A stretch of 64,000 bases of DNA, taken from assembly GCA_965644295.1 (NCBI GenBank), contig CBFFRP010000168.1, positions 1 through 64,000 on the forward strand. Reading direction: 5' to 3'. A program made the translations under genes and the position numbers. Shown here piece after piece: positions 11,029 to 24,089 of this stretch (position 1 is the stretch's first letter; the number at the start of each line of letters is the position of its first letter). The notes under the pieces were generated by a model. That model searched no databases and was not told where the DNA came from. It was given only the letters and a program-made list of their open reading frames with translations. This DNA comes from Paraphysomonas bandaiensis. Its lineage: Eukaryota > Protista > Chrysophyceae.

Positions 11029-12405
11029 ATGTCCAAACACAATCCTTATATATTTACAATCGCATCTCTTGCTCTATTCTTTACTCTCATAGGTATGTAT
11101 CTCTCCCTCCCATTCTCTCAATCATTACGTGATACATTACAGTGTGATGCATTATGTTATGGTTATTTTCTATCAATCAAATCATTATTTTCACTTATAT
11201 CTGCTTTTATAATTGGAATATTAAGTGATCGTTATGGACGTATTAGTATGTTGTATTTTGGTCTCATGGGGTCCCTTTTTTCTTACATTATGTCCTTATA
11301 TATATCCTCTATATGGATGCTATTTGCTGCTATATTCCCACTTACTTGGAACCAGTCACCAGCTCTCTTTAAAGCACTGTTTTCTGACTATATATATGTT
11401 TGGAATATATCTGAGGATGATAAGACGGCATATATGGGTTATCTTGGCATGGCTGCTGGATTGTCTTTTATGCTAGGTCCAGTTATTGGTGCAGCTGTGT
11501 TTGAATCATACGAATCATCTATGTTGGGATCTATCTTATGTGCATGTATATTTGGGGGCCTATTGTTGTTGCTGCCCCACTCCGTGGCCCCTCAGAGAAG
11601 AACTTCGAATATTGTTTCTGATGCATCAGTCAATGCCCGGAAAAGGCTAGGTACCAGTGATTCAGATTCGTATTCGATATTTTCATTACAAAATGCTATA
11701 TGCCGGCTTCTGTCTGTCCACTCTCGAGGGGCCTGTATTCTCGTATTTATGCGGTTGTCAATGGGCCTAGCGTATAGCATATACAATACGTCATTCACGG
11801 TGTCGTTGAAGCATAACCACGGCTTTACCCCTAGAGATTATTCTTTGTATATGGGCTGGGTGGGACTGTCTTATTCTCTCTCCCAGGGGTTTCTTTCTAA
11901 ACATATTATACGGGCGTATGGGACAAATCGTACTGGTTTACTTCTCTTCTGCTGCTGTGTATTGGGCGGAGGTCGGGTAGTTGCAATGCAAACCAGCTCA
12001 GTTGTGTTACTGTATTCAGTAATGTTTGCGGTTATCACTGCTCTTAGCGTGGTAAACACTCTTATGGCGGCCACTTGCTCGACCATTGCGGCCATTGATG
12101 GCTCAGCAGGTGGTTTATACGGTACAATGGAAGGTGTTGAGAAGTTAGCTGGTATATTAGGCCCTACACTGGGCGGTTTACTTCATAGTTATCATCCCCT
12201 TCTGCCTGCCACTTCTATTCTTGTGATATATAGCATTATATTTAGTTTATTATATTTTCAGTATGATGAGTACGTGATAAACGCTTACAGTATAGACAAC
12301 CCTGTGAGTAGTAGTGGTTTGGATGCACAAAGTTGTGATGTACATAGCAAAGGTACAAGTTGCGAAAGTGATGCGATTAAAAGAATAAAAAAGCATTCAC
12401 AATGA
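11029..12405 (+). CDS. MFS transporter (drug:H+ antiporter / SLC22A18-like)
   Basis: Intronless 458 aa, about 12 hydrophobic segments, motif A GILSDRYGR, motif C GFMLGPVIG-like. Confidence 0.9.
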   Translation: MSKHNPYIFTIASLALFFTLIGMYLSLPFSQSLRDTLQCDALCYGYFLSIKSLFSLISAFIIGILSDRYGRISMLYFGLMGSLFSYIMSLYISSIWMLFAAIFPLTWNQSPALFKALFSDYIYVWNISEDDKTAYMGYLGMAAGLSFMLGPVIGAAVFESYESSMLGSILCACIFGGLLLLLPHSVAPQRRTSNIVSDASVNARKRLGTSDSDSYSIFSLQNAICRLLSVHSRGACILVFMRLSMGLAYSIYNTSFTVSLKHNHGFTPRDYSLYMGWVGLSYSLSQGFLSKHIIRAYGTNRTGLLLFCCCVLGGGRVVAMQTSSVVLLYSVMFAVITALSVVNTLMAATCSTIAAIDGSAGGLYGTMEGVEKLAGILGPTLGGLLHSYHPLLPATSILVIYSIIFSLLYFQYDEYVINAYSIDNPVSSSGLDAQSCDVHSKGTSCESDAIKRIKKHSQ

Positions 12406-12987
12406 TATGAGCACTTGTCTAGTAAAAATCCAACTTCTAAATTAAGTTAGATAAATATAATATTACCATGAGTTTACAAAATGCTATCTATCAAACTGAA
12501 GGTAAGGTCATGAAATGATAGAATAATAATTTCCGTAATAGTAACAGTAACTATGAAGTACCGTCCATCAGTGTGATGAACATAAGTCTACTAACGACTA
12601 GCGTTATAGGTGTCCACTAAACTGGGTTACCTCGTACGGTGTAGTATATTCAACATTCAACTGCATGACGGGTAATAAGGAACAAAGGCTCAACACTTTG
12701 AAACGAGGGGGAAAATCAAGACAAGGGACGATACTCGTTATCCCTAGTTTAAATTGTAGCTTAGCCTTATCTCATGATATTGAAAACCTAATAGCTGAGC
12801 GTTTGGTTGAACACTTTTCTGGAGATGTTATGGGGATAAGTATTTAACCATAAAATTAAGTTCGTATCAATTCGTGGCAAGGACTATTTTACTGGGACTA
12901 AACTAATACACACTAGGACTGGTAGGTATTAGTCATTTTCAACTACATTTCTCAGTATATACATCGACATCGTACAAATTATAGTCC

Positions 12988-14217
12988 TCAAAGATATACA
13001 ACTACAGCTGTGGTGTCATCATATTTGGTCCTCCTGCTACGGCCTGGAGGGAGCGCAACCAGATCTTGTACCGTGACTTCCCGACCCTCAGCTTTGGATA
13101 CTTCAGCTGCGGCTCTCTGCAGAGTTTCATGTACCAGTAGTTCAGCAGCCATTGCAGGATCCTCTTCTTGACATGCGGCCACCACCTCGACTGCCTCCTG
13201 TGGACTCATGAAGTCCCAGAGACCATCCGTGGCAAGGATTAGAAACTTATCTCCTGACTCCAATTTACGTGTGTGAATCTCCGGAAGAGTCTGAACATAT
13301 GGAGGAGTATATGGCGCAGGAATATGTCGTCCCCTATATATAGCACATATAGAATTTAGACACTAGCAACATCAGTGTGAAAATTATAATATACCGAGAA
13401 CGATGGCAATCTGGAGGCGCGTTAAACTCAGGATATTTTAAATATGCATCGCCTAGTGCCCTTGTCAATTGGAGCCGGCCTTTGACATAGCAAGCATGTG
13501 GATTCTTGCAAACTACAATATTGTCCTCCCCTGGATGATCCTTATTCAATAAAAACTGCTCTAACGGCGTACGAGCATTGTGGTCTCTGTTAATCTGACT
13601 GGCACTGAAACACTTATTACCAACACGGCTGACTACACCGCCATATTTTTCATCCCCCGAAGTGTTACACGGCAGTTCTGTACCCAGTACGGCTCTACAG
13701 TCACCTAAGTGAAGTATTATACAATAAATAGAGTAATCGATTTTTTCAACTTACCACTATTAGCCACTGTTAGTGTACCACTCTTAATAACAGCTACTGT
13801 AGCACAACTTCCCACTTTTGCAACTTCTCCAAATCCCAATTCATATGCACTTCTAATGCTATTAATATAAGATTCTTCCAGGACCTTAAAAGAATCGACG
13901 AGACTATCTGCCACGTCGTTATTCCCTTCCAGACGTGGCACCAACACGTCATTGAGCTTAATCGAGAGGAACTCCGATACTTGCCACCCGCCATGACCAT
14001 CAAACACTGCATATATTCCAAAATCATCATTTTCTCCGTTATCTCGGTGTAAAAATCTATCTTCACTTGGATTATTAGCAGCAAAAGTAGAGTACACACA
14101 TCGTGGAGATGTGCCCTTCTTTGGCTCATTACTCTGGCAACTTGAGAATAAATTATATTGCAGTGATGCAGAGGATGCCAATCCACATAACAATCTTCTT
14201 TTAACGCATGTAAACAT
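12988..14217 (-). CDS. PP2C/PPM family protein phosphatase (PDP-like), spliced
   Basis: ANNPSEDR, VFDGHGG, VANSG-DCRAVLG (spliced), GRLQLTRALGD, FLILATDGLWD, DDTTAVV. Confidence 0.92.
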
Positions 14218-14899
14218 GTTTGTTGGATGCAGTTCTCTTGCAATGGATAACAATGCAATGATTGCATAGAATGATGTGTTGCTATGTGCATATATACATA
14301 CGTACATACATACAGCAGCATATACACACTCAAGAGCTCATACTACAATCTGTATTTCTTGAATACAACACTACATATGACACCAGAATACAGGCATGTA
14401 TAACATGAATACAACACTTAATATTTCATGGAAAATACAATGGTATATACTGCTGTATACATGTATTCGTCTAGAAGACGGTATGGTGTACTGCTCTACT
14501 ATGTAGACTGTAGTACACATTGAAAATAAATTGTAGTACTACCCTACGTACCTGTTAACGTTATTATGTACTTTCCTAAATGTACTTCTACAATCCATCC
14601 CTACATATCTTTTCATATATCCCACCGTACTTCTCTACTTTTCCATCTAGACACATCCATCCAGACATAGCATCCATCAGTTGGGTTTTGCACTCGTCTC
14701 TATGCATCTCTCATATGCATGCATACACATACCACCACTGCACTATATCTCTATATAAACATCCCTATTGTCCTTAATACATTATTGGACGAATAGAATA
14801 CATCATACACGATCATAAGTCATCCTCTACCGGCCCATTAGTGTGCCAGTATAATAAATTATAATTTATTATCATTCTTATTATTAAACTATTCATTAA

Positions 14900-16195
14900 A
14901 TGAGTGTACCGTCTGTACAACTAGATCTTGGAGACATTGACAGTGCTGAACCTGTACAAACAGAAATAGAAAATAATCTAGAATCTGAAACGATTGTAGC
15001 AAAAGCGATTGGACCGGATGTTTTACAAGAGAAGTGTGTCGTCTCACAATACCGAACAAACTCTGAACAAATTACAACATTTAAAAAGTTATTAGAGGAA
15101 TGTGATCCCAATTATATTCCTCTGGAGTGGGTGATTGATATTGCTGATGAATCCAATGGATGGTTTTATGGTACGGCCTACCACTACAACCAATCGACTA
15201 ATATGTTGCATGTGATGGTGCCTGATAAACTGAGCCCTAGTTTTGATGGAGAGATTCCACTGGACCACAGAACTGTACATCTTGTTGAGTGTGTAGATGG
15301 AAAAACAGAGGCATTGTTCAACAAGATTGTGAGGGATAGTGTCACAAAGGTTCGTTGGGAAGTTGAGTGGTTTGAGGAAGGACAGGGAACAGAAAAGCAG
15401 ATGGAAGACGTGGAGGGGGGGCCGGAGGGTAGGTGGGTACTGTCAATAGCCCGATACTACATTCAAATGGCTAATCAGCTACTTGTGGAGGACGAAGATT
15501 TTGGTCAGGATGCCAGAGGCTTTGTGATGTTGACTGCAGACTTGAATGTGCGACTGCGTGTCTGTTTCAAAGGCAAAGGATTGAGTGACTTTGAGCGATT
15601 AATATCCGAAAATATTGTGCAGAGTACTCCTAATGCTATTGAGGTTTCGCGTAAAGCCGCGTTAGCATTGTCTGCCAATCAGGGGGAGATGGCTTTCGAA
15701 CGACGACAGAATAGCGGTGGAAGCTCTGGTCCGTCATCCGGCCCTTCCAGCACGGTTCGTAAGCTAGCCGAGATGAGCCGAGGCTTGCGGGAGTGCCTGT
15801 CCGATATTCTAGACGACAGGGAAAGGCTTATTGCGGAACATGAGAAGATGTCTCGAGCTTTCACATCATTTGCCTTGGATGGTGACTTGGATGCTGGGAT
15901 GCGTCTTTTGTCGCACTCTGAAATGGCAGCTCCTAAGGATGACAGAGGCATGCCTCGCAGCAAGAAGGCCCTTGAAAGGGAGGCGCAGCAGGAACTTATG
16001 GATTCGGCTGCGGATGATGTGTGGTATCTATGTCAGCGAGTGGAAAAAGGTGCAGTGAAGTTGCTCAAGACCCAGAGTGATGTGCCTGGAGGTGTTGACG
16101 AACTTGAGTATCTCAGACGCACCAAAGCGAAAATGCAGCGAGAGATCGAGGAGAGGGACAAAGAGTTAGAGTTTTTGAGATCTAAAGTTCATTAG
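14900..16195 (+). CDS. Hypothetical protein with C-terminal coiled coil
   Basis: 431-aa intronless ORF with normal composition. Confidence 0.75.
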   Translation: MSVPSVQLDLGDIDSAEPVQTEIENNLESETIVAKAIGPDVLQEKCVVSQYRTNSEQITTFKKLLEECDPNYIPLEWVIDIADESNGWFYGTAYHYNQSTNMLHVMVPDKLSPSFDGEIPLDHRTVHLVECVDGKTEALFNKIVRDSVTKVRWEVEWFEEGQGTEKQMEDVEGGPEGRWVLSIARYYIQMANQLLVEDEDFGQDARGFVMLTADLNVRLRVCFKGKGLSDFERLISENIVQSTPNAIEVSRKAALALSANQGEMAFERRQNSGGSSGPSSGPSSTVRKLAEMSRGLRECLSDILDDRERLIAEHEKMSRAFTSFALDGDLDAGMRLLSHSEMAAPKDDRGMPRSKKALEREAQQELMDSAADDVWYLCQRVEKGAVKLLKTQSDVPGGVDELEYLRRTKAKMQREIEERDKELEFLRSKVH

Positions 16196-16893
16196 TTCCA
16201 AATGATGCGTAATCAAGATGCGCATTAGTACTGGATGTCAAAGATATCGTGTGTCACTGCGACTATAGCGCATTTTCTGCTTGTTTGCCATTTTTGTCTG
16301 GCTGAAGACGAATTCGTGATGTAACCAATTACGTGACGTTATCGTACGGATATTTAGGCATATTAATATACATAACGATTAATCATTTCACTACACTTTG
16401 CTGGCTCTGAGCATGATAACAATGAAGCATTACGATATCTGTATTCTCCACGTCGCCAACAAAGCGACTGTGTATTTTACCACATTGCTCCACGATCCTC
16501 CCTTTATGTGACATTCACCAGCAGGCACATATCCTATAATATCACCTAGTGACATACCATAGTACGAGCAACAATTTCAGTGCATATGATTGGAATTTTT
16601 TAACACTATGTGTATACGTGTATACTACTACGTGATGACAATGGATACGTCGAGAAACAGCAGGGCTGCATATCAACTAATAGGAAATTATTGAAATTGG
16701 GTGGCAAATAGTAATTGCGACTATAATTGACTACAACTTGCTTCAATTAATAATTAATAACGATACAATTATGACATAGCAAATCCATACACAGGTTTAC
16801 AGGTTAAAGCTTACAACGAACACAAATTAACTGAGCGAGTTGTAATAGCTGCAATCAAGAACAAACACAACTGAAAAAATACATTACATATTG

Positions 16894-18801
16894 CTAACTA
16901 TATATTATAGGACGTTCCCATTGCGTGGTTTTAGTTTCGTGGTTAACGTAGTAACATTTACCTGAGGGTGTTATTTTTTGTTCCCATCCAGGAGGGAGAA
17001 CTATATTACATGATAGCGGCAATGATACGGGACGCACTTCACTGCTAGAATACAGTGTTTGGTGTTTCACCATTGCTGGTTCTTTGGAATGGACCTCCTC
17101 ATTGATGTAATCACTAGTGCAGGCTCTTTCGATTTGTTTCTGGGGTTGCTTCTGTCTGGAATGAGAAGTCACAATATCACTAGTGCTGGAGCGACGAATA
17201 TAACTTGTCTGTTGAGGTCCTTGAAGAGAACGTGGTGTCGAAGTGGCGTTGGCATCTACAGAATCTTGAGATACACTGTCGCCATCTACCTCCACACCAC
17301 CACAAACGCTACCATCGGTACTGTGATCAGTGGACGGCGAAACCAGAGTGGAAGACACAGGCGACCCAGTTTTGCTTAGAACCTCTTGAGGCACAATTCC
17401 CTGTGAGTGAAGAGCCGTAGAAGGAATCGTGTAAGTATTGAGCATGCAGGGGCCTCTACCATCATTCGCTGTCTCCCACAACGTAAGCACGGAATCGGCA
17501 TCACTGGAGTCGCGACTTGGATTAAAACTCAGGCGACGCACATCCTTCCGACCAGTGATGTGCTCCAGCTGATAAATATCAATGCATTAGATAAATACAT
17601 TAAGTAAATTGATACTATATATTGGCAGCACACAGATGTAATATCACCTGTTCATCTGTCTTCACAGCAACGAGATCATTCAGCCAGGCATCACACTCTT
17701 GAACCGTCGCTGCTTCCACTTGAAAAGCTACGCAATCAATGCACGTCTTGTTATTACAAGTAAGGCAAGTGATAACCCAACACACCTTCGTCCCCTTCAA
17801 CACGCAAAATAAAAAATCTGGAATTGCCAGGTGGTGACCGTACTACTAGCAAGCGGTGGATATCACACCGTTTGAAGTTAGCGGTTGAGAACATACCCTG
17901 AGCCTGACCAAAGATAAGGATGTCATTGCAAAGAATAAAACTCAAATCTTTTCGTCGATTTCCTTCACGAACTTTCTTTAACATCCCATCTCGAATAAAA
18001 TAACGAGCAGGAGCAGGAAGATCATTAAGACCATAATATTTTTGTTTTTCTATTAAAAGCTTTTGATTTTCAGATACAGCCTGAGATTTATTTATACTGG
18101 CATTAATCGCTTTAACTTCTGTAATAGTACGTGAAATAAGTTCAATTTCTTCATCAGTTTCAGCCCTTATTTTGATTTCTTTAAGAAGTAGTTCATATTT
18201 CATTACACGTTGCCATGGTTTTGCTAATAATGATTCTAATTTCTGTCCTTGACTACCACTTTGAAGTTCAATTGCACGTATAAAGGATGAAAATCTATTT
18301 AAAATATACAAATTTTTTAATAAAAATTAGAATAAATATATAAAAATATAAGGAAAAAAACACGTACCTGATATCATTTTCTAGCCTTTTTAATAAATCT
18401 CGACATTTATCACAATTACGTATATAATCAACATAAAATTTTAAACTTTGTACCACATGTGAAAATTTATGAATAATTTCAACACGTTTACCATGAGCAG
18501 ATTCAAGTTGTGTTAATATATATTCATTACATCCCAATAATTGTCTAATATTTGCAAAAATTACATTAATAATATCAATTTTGTCCTTTTTTATAATATA
18601 AAATAATGAATTACGATCACGAAGTGTATCATTATCAAAATTTTCTTTTAATTCTTCAATCCATTTTTCAAGTGGTTCAAGGAAGGATGATATAATGTAT
18701 CTTAAAGAGTCAACATATTTTTTTTCAGTATCAATTAATTCCATTTCAGGTGTCATAATACGTCGACTACTAATTGACATATTAATAAGATCTAAGTCCA
18801 T
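16894..18801 (-). CDS. RhoGEF (DH)-PH protein with C-terminal WW domain, spliced
   Basis: ELIDTEKKYVDSL, IFANIRQL, LLAKPWQRVMKYELLLKEI (DH); RYFIRDGML..FILCNDILI (PH); LPPGWEQKITPSGKCYYVNHETKTTQWERP (WW). Confidence 0.88.
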
Positions 18802-19075
18802 TATAAGTATGTGAATACGATAGAAGTGGGATTGTATTGCTAGATATACAAATATATACACACGTACAAATAATAATGAAGAGAACAGTAGATATAAATA
18901 ATCTTCAGGTGATTTGTTGTAATAGATTATGGTAATAAGACTACTTGATGTGATAGGCGGTCATAGAATCAACTAAGTGATAGATGGTAGCATCATTCCG
19001 ATGTATCTATATGATATCTACAGTGCTGCTCCTGGTGAGGAATTGTACCGGGGTAGAAATTCCTATTGTACGTAC

Positions 19076-19324
19076 GTATGTATGTATGTATGTATGTATG
19101 TATGTATGTATGTATGTATGTATGTATGTATGTATGTATGTATGTATGTATGTATGTATGTATGTATGTATGTATGTATGTATGTATGTATGTATGTATG
19201 TATGTATGTATGTATGTATGTATGTATGTATGTATGTATGTATGTATGTATGTATGTATGTATGTATGTATGTATGTATGTATGTATGTATGTATGTATG
19301 TATGTATGTATGTATGTATGTATG

Positions 19325-19358
<34 letters not shown>

Positions 19359-19498
19359 TGTATGTATGTATGTATGTATGTATGTATGTATGTATGTATG
19401 TATGTATGTATGTATGTATGTATGTATGTATGTATGTATGTATGTATGTATGTATGTATGTATGTATGTATGTATGTATGTATGTATGTATGTATGTA
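19076..19498. repeat. (TATG)n microsatellite, about 420 bp
   Basis: Near-pure tract with one TATA interruption. Confidence 0.98.
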
Positions 19499-19954
19499 CA
19501 GCAGTATATGCACGTTGGCCTCAAACTACAGGCCTGTATTTTCAGATACAGTGACGATTCGGATATATCACTCTTCCCCTCATTCACAGCCAATCAAAAC
19601 CATGCCATATACAATACCAACTAATCATTGGTTTACATTTTCAGAATCGTTGCAAGTGCCGGTATAAGTCTAATACAAAAACAGAGTGTGTTAATGTATG
19701 GATGTCTCACCTAGCTACACATACATACATACAGACAGACAGACATGGAAAACTAAGTCAAGATCTCCTCATTGATTCACTTATGACCTCAATGAAGACA
19801 TTTTCATCTCACTTCTATCACCAATGAACCTTCTTCTATCATAACAATACACAACACGTCTCTTATCTGTGTAACTACTAGACTAACACCTCTCACTACT
19901 ATACTCTACATATGACCCTTATATACATACATATATCAATAAATCACTATTAAA

Positions 19955-22900
19955 ATGTTAACATCTTTTAAAAAATTAGTCAATAGAGAGCCGGATTTAT
20001 ACAGCACTAGAGACGACATCGGACAATATAAAAAAGTATTTGAGACATTAGGACTTGAAGAAAAGCATGTTCGTCAATTATTTAAAGCCTTTCAAGAAAT
20101 TGATTTTGATGATTCACGATCAATTAGTTTAACTGAACTTATGGCTTATGTTAATTCTGATATTACAAGTTACACGAAACGTATATTTACTTCATTTGAT
20201 TGTGATGGGTCATCTGGTATTGACTTTTATGAGTTTGTGACTAATGTTTGGGATTACTGTACCTTAACGAAGGATAACGTCGTATATTTTGCGTTTTCTC
20301 TCTATGATAAAGATGAGAGTGGGTTTTTGGAGAAAGGGGAGATCGAGAATATGTTGAAAGACATATATGGCGACAAGTACAAGGAGAGCTTGCCGGCTAA
20401 AAAGTAGGTCCAATGTGTAATTGACATGTTGTGAGTTTAAATCATTTCGTTTTTGATAAATATTGCAGGTTGCACTCAAAACTAACAGAACTTAATACAA
20501 AGCATCTAGACAGCACAGCTTTCTTGGATTTTTCAAAGAAACATCCAGGTAGATATTCCGTGTCCTATTGTGCGTTCAGATGTTAAAGTGCTCTGGTATA
20601 TGCAGGAGCTATGTATCCAGCTATGGTGCTACAGACGAATATGAGAGATACCATATGCGGAGTGGACTTCTGGATTGATCGAACTAGAAAGAGGGAGTTC
20701 GACTGCAAGGGAAAATATATCACTTTGAGCACACTGCTTCGAGGCGTTGCTAGAAAAATATATTCGAATGATGATGACTATGTTGCGTAAGTTTCATTGT
20801 AAGCTGATTGCAATTTCTAATTACGGCACAGGAATGAAGTCGGATATGTGGTGTGTGAAACTGAACCCCCCTCTACCAGTAGTAGCAAGAGAAGCACGCC
20901 TACTGCAGTAGTCTTTACACCGTAAGTGTATAAACACATTGAGATATATACGTCTAGTTGTACTTTAGATGTTCCACATGCTGTAAGTGTAGGCTTTATG
21001 GTGCTGTGTTAGGATAGCTTAGGACTTTACACGTTCTATAGACTTTACTAGACAACGCTCTATGTATATTATTATGTATAGTGCTGATGATAAGCTCAGG
21101 ACTACCCGGCGTGTGCTCGGAGGAGCAGAAGAAGTAGTAACCGTAAAGTGAGATCTGCTGCTTCGCTAACTTTTTATCGTAAAAACTGTCTATCAGGTAC
21201 CCGGAGACTACTTCTACAAGGCGAAGAGGTTCCGACCCCAATCCTGGGGGGCCGCTGTAAGTACCTGACAAGCACTTTTTGATATTCTATTGCAAGATAT
21301 ACATACTGCATATATTTGTTCGATTCGTATATCTGTTGTTTGTTGTGATGTATCTAGACCAAATACTTGTACTTATGAATGGGCACATTATAGTACGATC
21401 ACCTTATGTTCTATGTAGCCCAGGCAGGCGCAGATCTACCCCTCACGTGGATCATCACTCCCTACAGGACACACATAGTGAGAAAAAAGGGCAAAGTTCT
21501 CGGCCTGATCCCGCTGCTCTAGCAGTGGCTGACCTGTAAATTCTGTTACATGCCCAGTTCTTCATCTTACATAAAATACAGACATCATGGAGGCCGGCGT
21601 AGGCGATCCTCTGTGAAGAATGTGCCTGACGTCATGTAAGCGAATATTGTGTGCGGTACATTGTAGAATGATTTCATTGGTAATTGTTAGTCCTGCAATA
21701 CCCACGCCAGCGTCTCAACCTGGTTCTCAATGCAACTCTCAACCAGGATCTCGGGGCACCACTCCCCGTGGACAACTGTACGTGCTTCTTCGTACCTATT
21801 TGTACAGTAAATAGTAACACTACTCGTGAAATAGGAATTTATCACCCCTTAGTAACTTCTGCAACAGCACTGAAGGCGATATGTAAGTCTCAATGTAAAG
21901 CCTGTGAACACCTGTAGTGCATGGCCTGCTCTGAATATATTTCTTGGCACGTTTCATAACATTGATTAACAATGCGTGTCAACAGAACTGGGGAACCGGA
22001 TACCACCCCAATCAGCCAGGTCCCATCAAGTTCTTTGTCAACACATTATTCTAAATCGGGAAAGTTCGCAAGCAAGTCAACGAGTGGTCACAACTTCAAG
22101 AGGTTTGCTATTAGTCTGTATGTTGTCTTATGAGCGCTCATTTTTGTGTAGCGGGAAGTACCCGAACATAGACGCCACACCGTCACTTTTTGGTTCAATA
22201 TTCAGGTGCGTTGGTACTTGATTTTCTATTTACTGTAATAGATTTTGTATACCATGTTGCCATAACTCTCAAATAATTGTTTTTTTGTGTAGCTTGTTCT
22301 ATTCATCAAAGGGGAAGGAGCGTACGAAGCCTGACAGGTCCCATTCCGCTGCTTGTTGCTGATATTTTTCACAGTCGCTAATTGTATTCTTCCAGAATAT
22401 TGGTTAAATCGAAGGAGGAAATTCCGTCTGCTGGGTGAGAGATTGCCATAATGCATGCTGCCATAGGTTAATTTTATATAGGAATTCACTTCGACCCTCT
22501 CTGGCGGAGAATTTCCCCCCTAATAAGTTGAGTGCACAACCGGAATCGACTTCAACATTTTCGCACTCCAGATCGGGCAAGTCGACGAGTAGTCACAACT
22601 CCAAGAGGTTTGTAATCACACTGTATTTGGTTCTGTTGTGAGTGCTTATTTTGTGTAGCGGGAAGTACTCGAATGCAGACGCCACGTCATCAATTTTTGG
22701 TTCAGTGTTCAGGTATATGCCTTAGTATTTGCGTAGTGTCTGTACAATGGTTTAATATCTCTTAGTATGGATCATGTGTACGTATTAGTGGAACTGGCAT
22801 TTCAGGGGTGATTTCAGTACTCTTGATTGTGTTAACAATGAGTTTATTATTACCGTTTCTTTAAGAACAAATACGTGATTATGATTTTGTATTGTGTGCA

Positions 22901-23392
22901 GTTTATTCAAGTCAACTGCAGATAAGGAACGTTCGAAGCGTGACAGGTGTGCTACCACAACCCTTGTAGAGTTTCTCGATTGTAATTGCTTCTTCTTGCA
23001 TCACAGAGTGTTCAGTAAATTAAAGAGCAAATATTCAACCACAGGGTGAGACATTACCGTTATGCCTAATGATATAGCTCTAAATATTCTGTTCGGTCTT
23101 TTGTTTGCCCAGGAATTCGCGTCGGCTCTCTGTGTCGGACTATTCCCCCAAATCAAGTGCTCGACAAGATACTAATATGTAAGCTACGTGATGTGTGATC
23201 CTGGATTGCATTTTACAAAATTATATTCTGTCTTGGAGTAGTTATATATTTATTTTCACGATGATATTTTGTAGGGGCGTCATTATACGGAGAACCTCTA
23301 GTAAGAGTTTACAAGAGAGTCTCCCTGTTCTTAAGCCAGTAAAGCGTAAGAAAAACAGAAGGCGCTCCATAGAAGTGAAGCCCATACAGTAG
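19955..23392 (+). CDS. EF-hand (calcineurin B-like) protein with a long multi-microexon Ser/Thr/Arg-rich tail; 3' end uncertain
   Basis: EF loops DFDDSRSISLTE, DCDGSSGIDFYE, DKDESGFLEKGE in exon 1, followed by many short GT-AG-bounded exons. Confidence 0.7.
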
Positions 23393-24089
23393 GGTGATGT
23401 GCTACGAATCTTATATATATTATTAATATTTTAGAGCGTGTCGGATTTTTTATCTTTTCTATGCGAATTTAATCCAGATTTGTTGCGTGCGTCTCTACAA
23501 ACATATAGATTGTTGATGCGAGTACGTATATCACAACATACTATTTATCTGTGTACAGTGTAGAAGGTTTTCGAACCAACATGACATGGTTTTGAATATT
23601 TTATTTTGCCTCATCCTATGTACTGAGATTGTCGGTGAATAACGTGTTCTAATTGAATGTACTGAAATACTAATATAACTTTGTATTTTGATTCTTTATC
23701 AGCAAGCAGTATGACGGGTTATATATACAACTAATTGAGAACAGCAATTTATCACTCATTGTTTACTTTTCTAGAGTGCTTTTAGTTGTTATCTACAGTT
23801 GTCTTCAATGATTGTATATCTATTCACAGAATAAAAATATATCAGAAAATTTATATAAAATGTCCAATACAACACAACGTCCAATGGGTTACAAGTACAA
23901 CAAAATTGTATCGAATATTACAAGTACAACCGATGTCGGCACGCGTAGCGTTTAAATTATTAATGGCTGAAAGTTGAGAGCTGGTAAATCGTCATGTTGT
24001 TTATATCATACAAAGTATCGCATCATTTGGTATATAACATACTATAACAAAAAACTAATATGAAATTAAGGTTCGAAAAAAGGACCGAG

